From a virus: a stretch of 64,000 nt of DNA. Location: the IMG/VR virus record IMGVR_UViG_3300023179_000019; one strand, 5' to 3'. Under the pieces are notes generated by a model. It did no database searches. It was not told where the DNA came from and saw only the letters and a list, made by a program, of their open reading frames with translations. The position numbers and the translations under genes are program-made. Every line of letters starts with the position of its first letter. Positions within the stretch are counted from its first letter, which is position 1. This document shows positions 38,480 to 49,139 of this stretch, piece by piece.

Positions 38480-39667
38480 ATGGCAAAATTTAATCTGTCC
38501 GAAGCCGCTAAAGACATCCTTTCAGGAAACGTTTCTGCTAAGCAGAGTGGTCAAGATAAACCATCCAAGTTGTCTGGCGATGTTGCATACGGTACTAAAG
38601 AAGTTGGTGACATTGGCACACAAGTAACTAAAACTACCGATTCTGGTCCTGACGCACACAAAGGTGCACCAACAGCAACACCTCCTGGTGCAAAACCACC
38701 TGTTGGTTCTGAACCAATGAAAAAATTAAAAGGTCAGCCAGCCGAACAAGGTTCTGTTGAAGAACCAGAAGGCAAGCCAATGAAGCAAACTATGTCTATG
38801 AATAAAGGCGCCACTTTTCAGCAGTACGAAGAAACTGAAGAAGATGATGAAGTTTTTGCTGAAGAAAAAGAAGGCCATGAAGATGCTGCTGAAGATAAAG
38901 CAATGATCAGAAAAGAACTCAAGAAAGAAAAAATGAAAGAAAAAATGAAAGAAGATGTTGATGCACTTCTTTCTGGTGAAAATCTTTCTGAAGAATTTAA
39001 AACTAAAGCAACAACTATTTTTGAAGCTGCCGTTATTGCTCGTGCAGAAGAAATTATTTCTGAAGCTGAAGAAACTTTAACAGAACAATTTGAAGAAGCC
39101 ATTGAACAAGTTAAAGAAGAATTAACTTCTAAAGTTGATGACTATCTTAACTACATGGTTGAAGAATGGGTTAAAGAAAACGAACTTGCAATCGAAAAAG
39201 GTTTACGTGCCGAAATCGTTGAAGATTTTATTTTCGGTTTAAAAGGTTTATTCGAAGAACACTACATCGACATTCCAGAAGATAAAGTTAATGTCGTTGA
39301 AGAACTAACAAACAAAGTTTCTGAGTTGGAAGACACACTTAATGAGCAAATTAAAGTTGCAGTTGAGATGAAAAAAGAACTCAATGAACATAAGAAATTA
39401 GAGGCTATACATACAGCATGTGAAGGCCTAACTCAAACCCAAGTAGAAAAAATGAAATCACTCGCAGAGGGTGTGGACTTTACTACGGAAGGCGATTTTA
39501 TGGAAAAACTTGACATCTTAAAAGAATCATATTTTAAAACAGATGTTAAAGTTGCACAAAATTCATCTTTTGAAGAAGTTTTAGTTGAAGAAGAAAAGAA
39601 GGCTGTTAAATCTTTTGATGCTTCAATGGAAATTTACGCAAAGACAATATCACAAACTTTGAAATAA
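38480..39667 (+). CDS. gp22: Prohead scaffold protein gp22
   Basis: LSEEFKTKATTIFEAAV, VDDYLNYMVEEW..EN.LAIE.GL, LKESYF. Confidence 0.92.
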   Translation: MAKFNLSEAAKDILSGNVSAKQSGQDKPSKLSGDVAYGTKEVGDIGTQVTKTTDSGPDAHKGAPTATPPGAKPPVGSEPMKKLKGQPAEQGSVEEPEGKPMKQTMSMNKGATFQQYEETEEDDEVFAEEKEGHEDAAEDKAMIRKELKKEKMKEKMKEDVDALLSGENLSEEFKTKATTIFEAAVIARAEEIISEAEETLTEQFEEAIEQVKEELTSKVDDYLNYMVEEWVKENELAIEKGLRAEIVEDFIFGLKGLFEEHYIDIPEDKVNVVEELTNKVSELEDTLNEQIKVAVEMKKELNEHKKLEAIHTACEGLTQTQVEKMKSLAEGVDFTTEGDFMEKLDILKESYFKTDVKVAQNSSFEEVLVEEEKKAVKSFDASMEIYAKTISQTLK

Positions 39668-39674
39668 TAAAAAA

Positions 39675-39682
39675 TATAAATA
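39675..39682 (+). promoter_or_regulatory. T4-type late promoter TATAAATA (P23)
   Basis: Exact consensus upstream of the major capsid gene. Confidence 0.8.
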
Positions 39683-39717
39683 TTATTTCATAAAAGATAC
39701 TAAACAAGGAGAACTAT

Positions 39718-41043
39718 ATGTATCTAACCGAAGAACTACAAAAGAAATGGGCTCCAGTTTTGGAACATCCAGAACTTGAATCTATCAAAGACCCATACAA
39801 GAAAGCTGTTACAGCACTTGTTTTGGAAAACCAACAACAAGCTATGGCTCAAGATCGTCAACAATTGAACGAAACTATTGATGGCCCAACCAACGTTACT
39901 GGTTCTGCTGTTGCTAATTTCGATCCAATTTTGATCTCTTTAGTTCGCCGTGCATTACCTAATCTTATCGCTTATGACGTTGCTGGCGTTCAGCCAATGA
40001 CTGGTCCTACCGGTTTGATTTTCGCAATGCGTGCTCGTTACACCAACCAAGGTGGTACAGAAGCCTTCTACAACGAAGCAAACACAGCATTCTCTGGTGT
40101 TACTTCTGTTGCTAACCCATACGGTTTCCGTGGTACTGCTGTAACTGACGTTGGCACAAACCCTGTTGCTGACTTGAGTGCTAACGCATACACAACTGGT
40201 ATCGCTCGTACTACTGCTACTGCTGAATTCTTAGGTTCAGATAGCAACGCAATTTTCCAACAAATGGCATTCTCTATTGAGAAAGTTACTGTAACTGCTC
40301 AAAGCCGTGCGTTGAAAGCTGAATACTCTCTAGAACTTGCACAAGACTTGAAAGCAATTCACGGTCTTGATGCTGAAACAGAATTGTCTAACATTCTGTC
40401 TACAGAGATTCTTTCCGAAATCAACCGTGAAGTTATTCGTACAATCTACACTACTGCTGTAGTTGGTGCTCAGTATGGTACAACTACCGCTGGTTATTTC
40501 GACTTAGACACCGACTCTAACGGTCGTTGGTCTGTTGAACGTTTCAAAGGTTTGATTTTCCAAATCGAACGTGATGCAAACGTAATCGCTAAGCAAACCC
40601 GTCGTGGTAAAGGTAACGTATTGATTGTTTCTTCAGACGTTGCTTCCGCTATGGCAATGGCTGGTGTATTACAATATACTCCTGCTCTACAAGCTGATCT
40701 ACAAGTTGACGACACAGGCAATACATTTGCTGGTTTGTTACACGGTCGTATCAAAGTTTACATCGATCCATATTTTGGTGGTTACACATCTAACCAAGAA
40801 TTGGTAACTGTAGGCTACAAAGGTTCATCACCATACGATGCTGGTTTGTTCTACTGCCCATACGTACCACTACAGATGGTTCGTGCAGTTGACCAATTCA
40901 CATTCCAACCAAAGATTGGTTTCAAGACTCGTTACGGCATGGTTGCAAACCCATTCGCTGAGGGTGCTGGTGTTGGTTTAGGTCAATTGAACGCACGTAC
41001 TAACAAGTACTATCGTATTTTTGGCGTTAAGAACTTGATGTAA
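39718..41043 (+). CDS. gp23: Major capsid protein gp23
   Basis: GVQPMTGPTGLIFAMR, SRALKAEYSLELAQDLKAIHGLDAE, FQPKIGFKTRYG. Confidence 0.98.
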   Translation: MYLTEELQKKWAPVLEHPELESIKDPYKKAVTALVLENQQQAMAQDRQQLNETIDGPTNVTGSAVANFDPILISLVRRALPNLIAYDVAGVQPMTGPTGLIFAMRARYTNQGGTEAFYNEANTAFSGVTSVANPYGFRGTAVTDVGTNPVADLSANAYTTGIARTTATAEFLGSDSNAIFQQMAFSIEKVTVTAQSRALKAEYSLELAQDLKAIHGLDAETELSNILSTEILSEINREVIRTIYTTAVVGAQYGTTTAGYFDLDTDSNGRWSVERFKGLIFQIERDANVIAKQTRRGKGNVLIVSSDVASAMAMAGVLQYTPALQADLQVDDTGNTFAGLLHGRIKVYIDPYFGGYTSNQELVTVGYKGSSPYDAGLFYCPYVPLQMVRAVDQFTFQPKIGFKTRYGMVANPFAEGAGVGLGQLNARTNKYYRIFGVKNLM

Positions 41044-41073
41044 TCAAGAAGTTCCCGTTAAGAGGAACATTTT

Positions 41074-41105
41074 AAAGACCACCTTTAAAAGGTGGTCTTT
41101 TTTTT
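41074..41105 (+). terminator. Intrinsic terminator after gp23
   Basis: aaagaccacctt/aaggtggtcttt 12-bp stem followed by poly-T. Confidence 0.9.
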
Positions 41106-41148
41106 GGCTCCTAAATACACATATGAAACTAACTAAGATTAATCATAA

Positions 41149-41679
41149 ATGACAGCACTCACTAGAGCACCTCAAAACACAAACTTGTTACAAGCTACCA
41201 AGTTTTTAATGACGTTTAGTAGAATACCAACGACAACATATTTTTGTCAAACTGTTAATTTGCCAGGTATCTCTGTTGGACAAGCACAAATATCATTTCC
41301 ATCTATTACTGCATATAGTCCAGGTAATCAAATATCTTATAACAATTTCAATATTTCATTTACTATCGATGAAGAATTGTTATCTTGGAGAGAAATTCAT
41401 AAATGGATGCTTTCTTTTGCTTCACCAAAAGGTACAGATGAAAGAAATAGATTAACGGCACAACAAAATCAAAACACTTTGAACAGTACCAATCTAAAAC
41501 AATATTCTGATGGTACTTTGACTATTTTAAATGCTTTGAATAATCCGGTATCAAGAATACAATTTTACAATATGTTTCCATCTTCTCTTTCCGATTTGAA
41601 TTTCGATACCAAATTATCGGCAGATGATATTATTACTGGCGATGCCACTTTTTATTTTGAAAGTTACGACTTTATCTAA
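41149..41679 (+). CDS. gp3: Tail completion protein gp3
   Basis: YFCQTVNLPGIS, F.IDEEL..W.EIHKWM, YSDGTLTIL; follows gp23. Confidence 0.85.
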   Translation: MTALTRAPQNTNLLQATKFLMTFSRIPTTTYFCQTVNLPGISVGQAQISFPSITAYSPGNQISYNNFNISFTIDEELLSWREIHKWMLSFASPKGTDERNRLTAQQNQNTLNSTNLKQYSDGTLTILNALNNPVSRIQFYNMFPSSLSDLNFDTKLSADDIITGDATFYFESYDFI

Positions 41680-41687
41680 CATTAGGC

Positions 41688-41716
41688 TTGCATTTTAACA
41701 TTGGTTATGTTAGTAT
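41688..41716 (+). promoter_or_regulatory. Sigma70-type promoter TTGCAT-17-TAGTAT
   Basis: Intergenic, upstream of uvsY; partial consensus. Confidence 0.45.
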
Positions 41717-41747
41717 GTTAAATTGGTGTTAGACTATTGAATATATT

Positions 41748-42182
41748 ATGGAAAACTTAGAACAAGTATTAAAAAATTGGGAACGTGATGCAGAGATTGA
41801 CCAGACCGAACCTGGCAAAGAACTCATCAAAATACCCACATTACACAACAAATACCTCTCTATTCTCACAAAGCACAAGATTGCCTCAAAGAAGGCACAT
41901 TTTGATTATCTCCGTATGCGGAAGATTAAGTGGGAATATTACACAGGTAAAATGTCCCAAGAAGAACTAGAACAGTACGGTTGGGAACCTTTTCAATTCA
42001 CACTCAAATCTGATATTACCACTTATTTGGAAGCAGACTCCGATTTAATTAAATTATTGGAGAAAAAAGTTTACCATGAAGAAGTTGTATCAGTAATTGA
42101 ATCCATCATGCAAGAACTGAAATCAAGAACTTTCCAGTTGCGTGACTTTATTAGCTGGGAGAAATTCATAGGTGGACAGTAA
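41748..42182 (+). CDS. uvsY: Recombination mediator UvsY
   Basis: IPTLHNKYL, KWEYYTGK, YLEADSDL, SRTFQLRDFISWEKF. Confidence 0.9.
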   Translation: MENLEQVLKNWERDAEIDQTEPGKELIKIPTLHNKYLSILTKHKIASKKAHFDYLRMRKIKWEYYTGKMSQEELEQYGWEPFQFTLKSDITTYLEADSDLIKLLEKKVYHEEVVSVIESIMQELKSRTFQLRDFISWEKFIGGQ

Positions 42183-43659
42183 AGAACACGTTTTAATTGA
42201 AAAGGTAAATGAGGTATATTTACAAGTTGGGTGTGAAAAACATTTAGCTAAAGAGTTATCCGAATTCTTTACGTTTTTTGTACCAGGACACCAATTCGTT
42301 CCTGCATTCCGTAACAAAATATGGGACGGAAAAATTCGCCTTTTTGATTTACGCAATAACAATCTTTACATTGGTTTACTACCTTATCTAGAACAGTTTT
42401 GTGTTGAACGAAATTACACATACTCCCATAGTTTTGTTGAAGATGAGTTCTCAGTATATCATGCAAATAAGTTTATTGAAAGCCTCAAGATACATGGAAA
42501 AGGTGAACCATTAGAAGTTCGTGAACATCAACTAAATGCATTTGTTCACTCTATGCAATCTAAACGTTCTTTGTTGGTATCTCCCACAGCATCTGGCAAA
42601 TCTCTCATTATTTATTTGTTGTTTAGACAACTGCAACAATATCAAAATTTAAAAGGTTTGGTTATTGTTCCAACCACATCTCTAGTCGAACAGTTGTATT
42701 CAGACTTTGCAGATTACAATAACGACAATATGGAACCATATCTTCATCGGATATATCAAGGCAAAGACAAGAACACGGACAAAGCTTTGACCATCTCTAC
42801 ATGGCAATCTTTATACAAGATGCCTAAAGAATACTTTGAACAGTTTGATTATGTGATAGGCGATGAAGCACACTTGTTCAAGGCACAATCACTAACAACA
42901 ATATTGACATCGTGTATTAATGCCAAATATCGTATTGGATTAACAGGAACTTTAGACGGTACCAAGACACACAAGTTGGTATTAGAAGGGTTGTTCGGTC
43001 CAGTAAAACAAGTCACAACAACAAAACAATTGATAGATAAGAAACAACTTGCAGAATTTCAAATCAAGTGTTTAGTTTTAAAACATGATGAAGATATAGC
43101 TAAAGAACTTCGAGAAAAAACCTATCATGAGGAAATTGACTATTTGATATCAAATGAAAAAAGAAATAAATTCATAAAAAATCTTGCAGTAAGTCTACAA
43201 AATAATACACTGGTTTTGTATCAAATGGTTGACAAACATGGGCAAATACTGTATGATCTAATTAGAGAAACCAAGAATATTGGCGAAAGAAAAGTTTTCT
43301 TTGTTCACGGAGGAACGGACACTACAGACAGAGAAGAAATTAGAAAAATAATGGAGATAGAAAATGATGCGATTGTTGTGGCTAGTTTTGGTACTTTTTC
43401 TACTGGTATCAATATACGAAATTTACACAATATCATCTTCGCTAGCCCAAGCAAAAGTAGAATTAGAAATTTACAAAGCATTGGTCGAGGGTTGCGGCAA
43501 GCAGAAGGAAAAGATATTGCCACACTCTACGACATCGCAGATGATTTAAGAGTTGGTAAACACATGAATTTCACTTTAAAACACTTCGTGGAAAGAACAC
43601 GTATATATAATGAGGAGAGATTCCCATTCAAAATCTACAAGATAGGACTAAAAAAATGA
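42172..43659 (+). CDS. uvsW: DNA helicase UvsW
   Basis: WDGKIRLF, SPTASGKS, GDEAH, GLTGT, LQSIGRGLR. Confidence 0.95.
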   Translation: MDSKEHVLIEKVNEVYLQVGCEKHLAKELSEFFTFFVPGHQFVPAFRNKIWDGKIRLFDLRNNNLYIGLLPYLEQFCVERNYTYSHSFVEDEFSVYHANKFIESLKIHGKGEPLEVREHQLNAFVHSMQSKRSLLVSPTASGKSLIIYLLFRQLQQYQNLKGLVIVPTTSLVEQLYSDFADYNNDNMEPYLHRIYQGKDKNTDKALTISTWQSLYKMPKEYFEQFDYVIGDEAHLFKAQSLTTILTSCINAKYRIGLTGTLDGTKTHKLVLEGLFGPVKQVTTTKQLIDKKQLAEFQIKCLVLKHDEDIAKELREKTYHEEIDYLISNEKRNKFIKNLAVSLQNNTLVLYQMVDKHGQILYDLIRETKNIGERKVFFVHGGTDTTDREEIRKIMEIENDAIVVASFGTFSTGINIRNLHNIIFASPSKSRIRNLQSIGRGLRQAEGKDIATLYDIADDLRVGKHMNFTLKHFVERTRIYNEERFPFKIYKIGLKK

Positions 43660-44030
43660 ACAATATCAAAATAGTTCGACTAAAGAGTGGTGAAGATATA
43701 ATTGGAAACATATGTGATCAAGATGGCATGATACAGTTAGACTCTCCGATGTCAGTTTCTTTGGTTACAAAAAACGGAACTAAAGGATTATTAGTTATGA
43801 ATCATTGGTTGCCAATACAATTAATTAAAAAGAATGAAATAAAAATTTCTTCTAACGATGTGTTAACAACTTTTGAACCAACCGATGAACTCTCGGAGTA
43901 CTACTCCGATACAGTAAAAAAACTTGCATCATTGTTGGAAGCTAAAGAACTTGCAGATCAAATGAGAGACGAAGATATTCAGGAAATTATGGATGCCTTA
44001 GAAGAAGGTACCGGAGAAACAATACATTGA
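43656..44030 (+). CDS. Hypothetical protein between uvsW and gp55
   Basis: IVRLKSGEDII N-terminus; usual occupant of this position in T4-like phages. Confidence 0.65.
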   Translation: MNNIKIVRLKSGEDIIGNICDQDGMIQLDSPMSVSLVTKNGTKGLLVMNHWLPIQLIKKNEIKISSNDVLTTFEPTDELSEYYSDTVKKLASLLEAKELADQMRDEDIQEIMDALEEGTGETIH

Positions 44031-44114
44031 TACTGAAGCAGCGACACACCGAAATTTAAACGTTGTCAAGCTGTTTGTCAATACATTAAATGGTATACTT
44101 GAAATGGAATTATT

Positions 44115-44651
44115 ATGACAAAACAAACACACTATATAAACAACCAAGATTTTCTCAAGGCCTTGATTGAATATCAAGCAGCTAGTGATTTGGCAAAAAA
44201 AGAAAATCGCACCGCACCAGCAATACCAAATTATATTGGTGAATGCTTTATGAAAATTGCAGAAGGTCTATCTCACAAACCTAACTTCATTAACTATACT
44301 TATAGAGATGAAATGGTATCCGATGGTATTGAAAATTGTTTACAGTACTTTGCAAACTTTGATCCAACCAAGTCAAGTAATCCTTTTGCATATTTTACAC
44401 AAATTATTTACTTTGCTTTTCTCAGAAGAATACAAAAAGAAAAGAAACAACTATACGTTAAATATAAATCAGCTGAACAAACTGGTATATTAGATGAACA
44501 TGAGTTTATGGAACTGGAAGATGGCACATTTAAACAGTTTCAATTATACGATAATATTGCCGAATTCATAGAGAATTTTGAGGTAGCTAAAGAAGCCAAA
44601 AAGGCAACAACTAAAAAAGTAAAAGGTTTGGAGAAATTTTTAAATGAGTAA
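44115..44651 (+). CDS. gp55: Late transcription sigma factor gp55
   Basis: HYINNQDFL, YIGECFMKIAEGLSHKPNFINYTYRDEM, NPFAYFTQIIYFAFLRRIQKEKKQ. Confidence 0.95.
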   Translation: MTKQTHYINNQDFLKALIEYQAASDLAKKENRTAPAIPNYIGECFMKIAEGLSHKPNFINYTYRDEMVSDGIENCLQYFANFDPTKSSNPFAYFTQIIYFAFLRRIQKEKKQLYVKYKSAEQTGILDEHEFMELEDGTFKQFQLYDNIAEFIENFEVAKEAKKATTKKVKGLEKFLNE

Positions 44652-45072
44652 AATGAAAATAGGATTCACTTGTTCCACATTTGATTTGTTTCATGCCGGT
44701 CATATGATGATGTTGAAAGAGGCAAAAAAACAATGTGATCACCTTATAGTTGGATTACAAACCGATCCAACCATAGATCGTCCTGATACCAAAAATAAAC
44801 CGGTACAAACATTATTTGAAAGGTTTGTGCAGTTGGATTCTTGCAAATATGTGGATGAAGTCATTCCATATTCTACCGAAAAAGAATTGATGGACATATT
44901 GCTTTCTTATCCAATTGATGTTAGAATTATAGGAGAAGAATACAAAGATAAACCTTTCACGGGTCGTGAATTAGATATTGATGTATATTATAACTCTCGC
45001 AAACATAGTTTTAGCACAACTTCTTTACGTAAAAGAGTTCGTGAGTCTGAGGAAAGGAAACAAAATGTATAA
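44644..45072 (+). CDS. Cytidylyltransferase (TagD-like)
   Basis: STFDLFHAGH (HxGH) motif, LIVGLQTD, YVDEVIPY, SFSTT. Confidence 0.85.
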   Translation: MSKMKIGFTCSTFDLFHAGHMMMLKEAKKQCDHLIVGLQTDPTIDRPDTKNKPVQTLFERFVQLDSCKYVDEVIPYSTEKELMDILLSYPIDVRIIGEEYKDKPFTGRELDIDVYYNSRKHSFSTTSLRKRVRESEERKQNV

Positions 45073-45229
45073 GGTATGTTATTATATGCCTGGATCAACT
45101 CAAGTAAACTTTAGGTCTTTTAAAACTTTTAGTGATGCTGTCGAATTTGCCAATTGCAGGCAAAAAGATAGTGTGTTAGAAATTAAATATTATGATGATG
45201 AAAATAAAAGAAAACCGGATCGAAACTAA
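45065..45229 (+). CDS. Small hypothetical protein (MYKVCYY...)
   Basis: ATG at 45065 after an AGGAA RBS; fills the gap before gp47. Confidence 0.5.
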   Translation: MYKVCYYMPGSTQVNFRSFKTFSDAVEFANCRQKDSVLEIKYYDDENKRKPDRN

Positions 45230-46307
45230 AGTTGCAATTATAACGGATCAACACTTCGGTGCTAGAAACGATTCGGTTCATTTTCTAGACTTTTATGAAA
45301 AGTTCTATCGTGATACATTTTTTCCAAAATTAAAACAGGAAAACATTAAAACTGTATTGATACTTGGTGACACTTTTGATCGCCGAAAGTATGTCAACTT
45401 TTATTCTTTGAAACGAACAAAAGAAATGTTCTTTGACATTTTGGCAAAAGAATCAATCGATGTTTATATGTTGGTAGGAAATCATGATACATATTTTAAA
45501 AATACTAATGATGTAAATTCTGTTGACTTGTTATTACGTGAATATGACAACATCACAGTAATCGATACTCCACAAACCATACATCTAGAGTATGGAGATG
45601 TAAACTCTGACGTTTGCATGATTCCTTGGATTTGTGCGGAGAACTATGAACAATCTCTGGCAGAAATTAAAAACACATCAGCCACACTTTGCATGGGACA
45701 CTTTGAAATTGCTGGTTTTGCTATGCATCGTGGCATGCCGTCAGCTGAAGGATTAAATCGTGATATATTCAGACGATTCGATAAGGTGTTTAGTGGTCAT
45801 TACCATCATCGTTCGAGTTCAGACAACATCACCTATCTTGGCAATCCTTACGAACTAACTTGGCAAGATTACAATGATGTTCGTGGATTCCATATTTTTC
45901 ATTTGGCTGATAGGAATTTAGAATTTATTCCTAATCCTAATGTGATGTTTCACAGAATCATTTATAATGATAAAGAGGAATCAATTACAGAAATCAACAA
46001 CAAAGACCTATCAAAATATACCAACACATATGTGAAAGTTGTGGTATTGAATAAGACTAATCCTTATCTGTTTGATAAGTTTATGAACAATTTATACAAT
46101 ATCAATCCAGTCGATATTACCATTGCTGAAGATTTTACTGACTTGACAGAAAGTGTTGAAGATGATATGATAGATCAAGCAGAAGATACCATCACAATCA
46201 TTAATAAGTTTGTGGATGGAATCAAAGAAGAACACATTGATAATGAGAAATTGAAAACTATAATGCGTGAATTGTACGTGGAAGCATTAAATCTGGATCA
46301 AGCATGA
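45192..46307 (+). CDS. gp47: Recombination endonuclease gp47 (Mre11/SbcD-like)
   Basis: ITDQHFG, LGDTFDRRK, VGNHD, SGHYH, YLGNPY. Confidence 0.94.
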   Translation: MMMKIKENRIETKVAIITDQHFGARNDSVHFLDFYEKFYRDTFFPKLKQENIKTVLILGDTFDRRKYVNFYSLKRTKEMFFDILAKESIDVYMLVGNHDTYFKNTNDVNSVDLLLREYDNITVIDTPQTIHLEYGDVNSDVCMIPWICAENYEQSLAEIKNTSATLCMGHFEIAGFAMHRGMPSAEGLNRDIFRRFDKVFSGHYHHRSSSDNITYLGNPYELTWQDYNDVRGFHIFHLADRNLEFIPNPNVMFHRIIYNDKEESITEINNKDLSKYTNTYVKVVVLNKTNPYLFDKFMNNLYNINPVDITIAEDFTDLTESVEDDMIDQAEDTITIINKFVDGIKEEHIDNEKLKTIMRELYVEALNLDQA

Positions 46308-46855
46308 ACTGGAAAATTGTAGATAATATTTTTACTTCTGAAGAATTGGATAAACTGTGTGACTATTTTAGTACGCACGGAGAACTATCCAAAGGGTCCA
46401 CACCATCAAACACAGGAAAGTGGAGAATATGTGATGTGTGTGACTATTCAAGAGATAATGAAGATTTGAAATGGTTTTTTAAAAAATTAGATTCTGTAAT
46501 TTTAAAGATCAATCGTGAAGTATTCAATTTCAAGTTGATAGGTTATTACAATATTATGTATTCTGTTTATAATGATTTTGAAAATGGCCAGTACAAGTTT
46601 CATCCAGACACAGCTGAAGGCCGACTAGGTGTCAGAAAATTATCTTTATCTTTAATCTTAAATGAACCTGAAACCGATTTTGAGGGTGGCGATTTCTTAT
46701 TCAATTTAGGCAACGAATCTAAACCACACAAAGCATCTTTGAAACGTGGTTCTATAGTTTTCTTTCCTTCTTATCTGTTACATGCTGTTTCACCAGTTAC
46801 TAAAGGCACCAGAAAATCTGTTGTTGTTTGGGTTGAGGGTCCTGAGTTCGTATGA
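46304..46855 (+). CDS. 2OG-Fe(II) oxygenase
   Basis: YKFHPD, RKLSLS, FEGGDF, FPSYLLHAVSPVTKGTRKSVVVW. Confidence 0.9.
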   Translation: MNWKIVDNIFTSEELDKLCDYFSTHGELSKGSTPSNTGKWRICDVCDYSRDNEDLKWFFKKLDSVILKINREVFNFKLIGYYNIMYSVYNDFENGQYKFHPDTAEGRLGVRKLSLSLILNEPETDFEGGDFLFNLGNESKPHKASLKRGSIVFFPSYLLHAVSPVTKGTRKSVVVWVEGPEFV

Positions 46856-48567
46856 TAACTTTTCAATGTGTTAGATGGAAGAATTTTCTTTCCACTGGTA
46901 ATTCATTTACTGAAATTAATTTTTTAAAATCTCCAAACACACTTATTATTGGCAACAATGGTGCTGGTAAATCAACCATCTTAGATGCGTTGTGTTTTGC
47001 GTTGTTTGGTAAACCGTTTCGTAAAATTAATAAACCACAATTATTAAATTCTATTAATCAGCAACAAGGTGTTGTTGAGGTTGAATTTTTGGTTGGTAAA
47101 AAACAATACAAAGTTATTCGTGGCATTAAACCAAATGTTTTTGAAGTATATTGTGATGGAGTTATGGTCGACCAAGATGCCAAGGCAAAAGACTATCAAG
47201 ACCACCTAGAGAAATTTATTCTCAAAATAAATTACAAGTCTTTCACGCAAGTTGTCATCCTTGGTTCGGCTTCTTTTGTTCCTTTTATGCAATTATCTCC
47301 AGCTGATCGTAGAGCTATTATTGAAGATTTGCTTGACATCCAAATTTTTTCATCAATGAACATGATTGTAAAAGAAAAAATGGTTGCCATAAAAGATACT
47401 TCTGGTAAAAACAAATATGCGATGGACTTAACTTCTGAAAAAATTAAGATGCAACAGAGTTCTATCGAAGAACATAAGAAACATAGTGATGCGGAAATAA
47501 AGAAGAAACAAAAAGAAATAGAAAATTCTGAATCTCAAGTGAATAAGTTAACGGCAGATATTAAACTAATTCAAAAACATATTGATGTTTTAAATAATAA
47601 AATTTCTGACAAATTAACAACAGAAAAGAAAAGTTCTAAGTTAATACAATTAGAATCTAAACTTGAAACCAAACTACGAAAATTGGAAAAAGAAGAAAAA
47701 TTCTATGAAGAAAACCACGACTGTCCGACCTGCAAACAAAGTATCGATGACACCTTCAGACATAACCAACTTAGTGGAATCAATAAAACAAAAGGAGAAG
47801 TTGGAGTTGCAGTTAAAGATATCGAAAATAAAATCGAAGAAACAAACAAACGTATCGAAGAAATTCAAAAAATAGTTAAACACATTCAGGCGCATAATAA
47901 TGAAATTGTCAAACACACCTCAACGATTTCTGCCGTTAATAGCTACATCGGCAAACTCAACTTGGAAATCCAAAATCTTTCAACGCATAAGGATAGCTTG
48001 GAAGATGAAAATGAGAAGCTTAAGGAACTCAAGCGAGAATTGTCCATGTTGCTCAGACAGATGGAAGAATTATCGTTAGAAAAGCAATACTATGAGTTTG
48101 CAGGTAACCTATTAAAAGATACAGGTATTAAAACTAAAATTATTCGCCAGTATTTACCTATTATGAACAAGTTGATTAACAAGTATCTGACTGCAATGGA
48201 TTTCTTTGTTAATTTCAACATTAACGAAAACTTTGAAGAAACAATTAAGAGTCGGCATCGTGATGAATTTTCTTATGCTAATTTTTCAGAAGGTGAAAAG
48301 ATGCGTATTGATTTGGCATTGCTGTTTACATGGCGTCAGATTGCCAAGTTGAAGAACAGTACAAATACAAATCTATTAATTTTAGATGAAGTTTTTGATT
48401 CATCACTAGACGGTGTTGGTACAGAAGAATTTTTGAAATTGATACATGAAATGGGAACAGATACAAATGTGTTCGTTATTTCACATAAAGGTGACCAACT
48501 ATTCGACAAGTTCAGGTCGGTTATTAAATTTGAGAAACATAATAATTTTAGTAGGATTGCAAAATGA
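46852..48567 (+). CDS. gp46: Recombination ATPase gp46 (Rad50/SbcC-like)
   Basis: GNNGAGKST, CPTC zinc hook, FSEGEKMRIDLAL, ILDEVFD. Confidence 0.95.
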   Translation: MITFQCVRWKNFLSTGNSFTEINFLKSPNTLIIGNNGAGKSTILDALCFALFGKPFRKINKPQLLNSINQQQGVVEVEFLVGKKQYKVIRGIKPNVFEVYCDGVMVDQDAKAKDYQDHLEKFILKINYKSFTQVVILGSASFVPFMQLSPADRRAIIEDLLDIQIFSSMNMIVKEKMVAIKDTSGKNKYAMDLTSEKIKMQQSSIEEHKKHSDAEIKKKQKEIENSESQVNKLTADIKLIQKHIDVLNNKISDKLTTEKKSSKLIQLESKLETKLRKLEKEEKFYEENHDCPTCKQSIDDTFRHNQLSGINKTKGEVGVAVKDIENKIEETNKRIEEIQKIVKHIQAHNNEIVKHTSTISAVNSYIGKLNLEIQNLSTHKDSLEDENEKLKELKRELSMLLRQMEELSLEKQYYEFAGNLLKDTGIKTKIIRQYLPIMNKLINKYLTAMDFFVNFNINENFEETIKSRHRDEFSYANFSEGEKMRIDLALLFTWRQIAKLKNSTNTNLLILDEVFDSSLDGVGTEEFLKLIHEMGTDTNVFVISHKGDQLFDKFRSVIKFEKHNNFSRIAK

Positions 48568-49139
48568 GTGATACAATTGTTTTTAATACAGAAGATACAT
48601 TAAGGGGCACCAGTTACGCTAAGACTGTTTCGATACCTTTGTTTAATTTGGTAGGAGAAGATAATCCAATTCTGAAAGAAGTGATGCCAGAATTTGATTT
48701 TAAAAATGCTCCTGTAAATCCTATGGAGTTCGCATCTTCTTTGGTCGAAACTTGCAAGAAACACAAAGGATATGGATTGTCTGCCAACCAATGTGGTTTT
48801 AGGTATCGAGTATTTGTTATGGGTGCCGAAGATAACTTTGTGGCATTCTTTAATCCAAAAATTACCGCAACATATGATGAATCGCATATTGTTGAAGGAT
48901 GCCTATCTTTCCCATTACTAGGACTTAGAATTACCAGGCCTGCGGCCGTAGATGTAGAATACCAAGACTTTAATGGAGAAAATAAAACGGCACACTATAC
49001 TGGTATATCTGCAAGATGTTTTCTTCATGAGCTTGATCATATGAATGGAATAGTGTATACTGAAAGAGTAAAACCGCTTGCATTGCAAATGGGTATGCAA
49101 AAGCGTAACAAACTAATCAAGAAATTGCGTATAAAATAA
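48564..49139 (+). CDS. def: Peptide deformylase
   Basis: GYGLSANQ, EGCLS and HELDH motifs all present. Confidence 0.93.
   Translation: MSDTIVFNTEDTLRGTSYAKTVSIPLFNLVGEDNPILKEVMPEFDFKNAPVNPMEFASSLVETCKKHKGYGLSANQCGFRYRVFVMGAEDNFVAFFNPKITATYDESHIVEGCLSFPLLGLRITRPAAVDVEYQDFNGENKTAHYTGISARCFLHELDHMNGIVYTERVKPLALQMGMQKRNKLIKKLRIK

Noticed and set aside
31005-43659. Introns or inteins in terminase, portal, capsid or UvsW
   Set aside because: All are uninterrupted and of ordinary length, with no intein or homing-endonuclease motifs.
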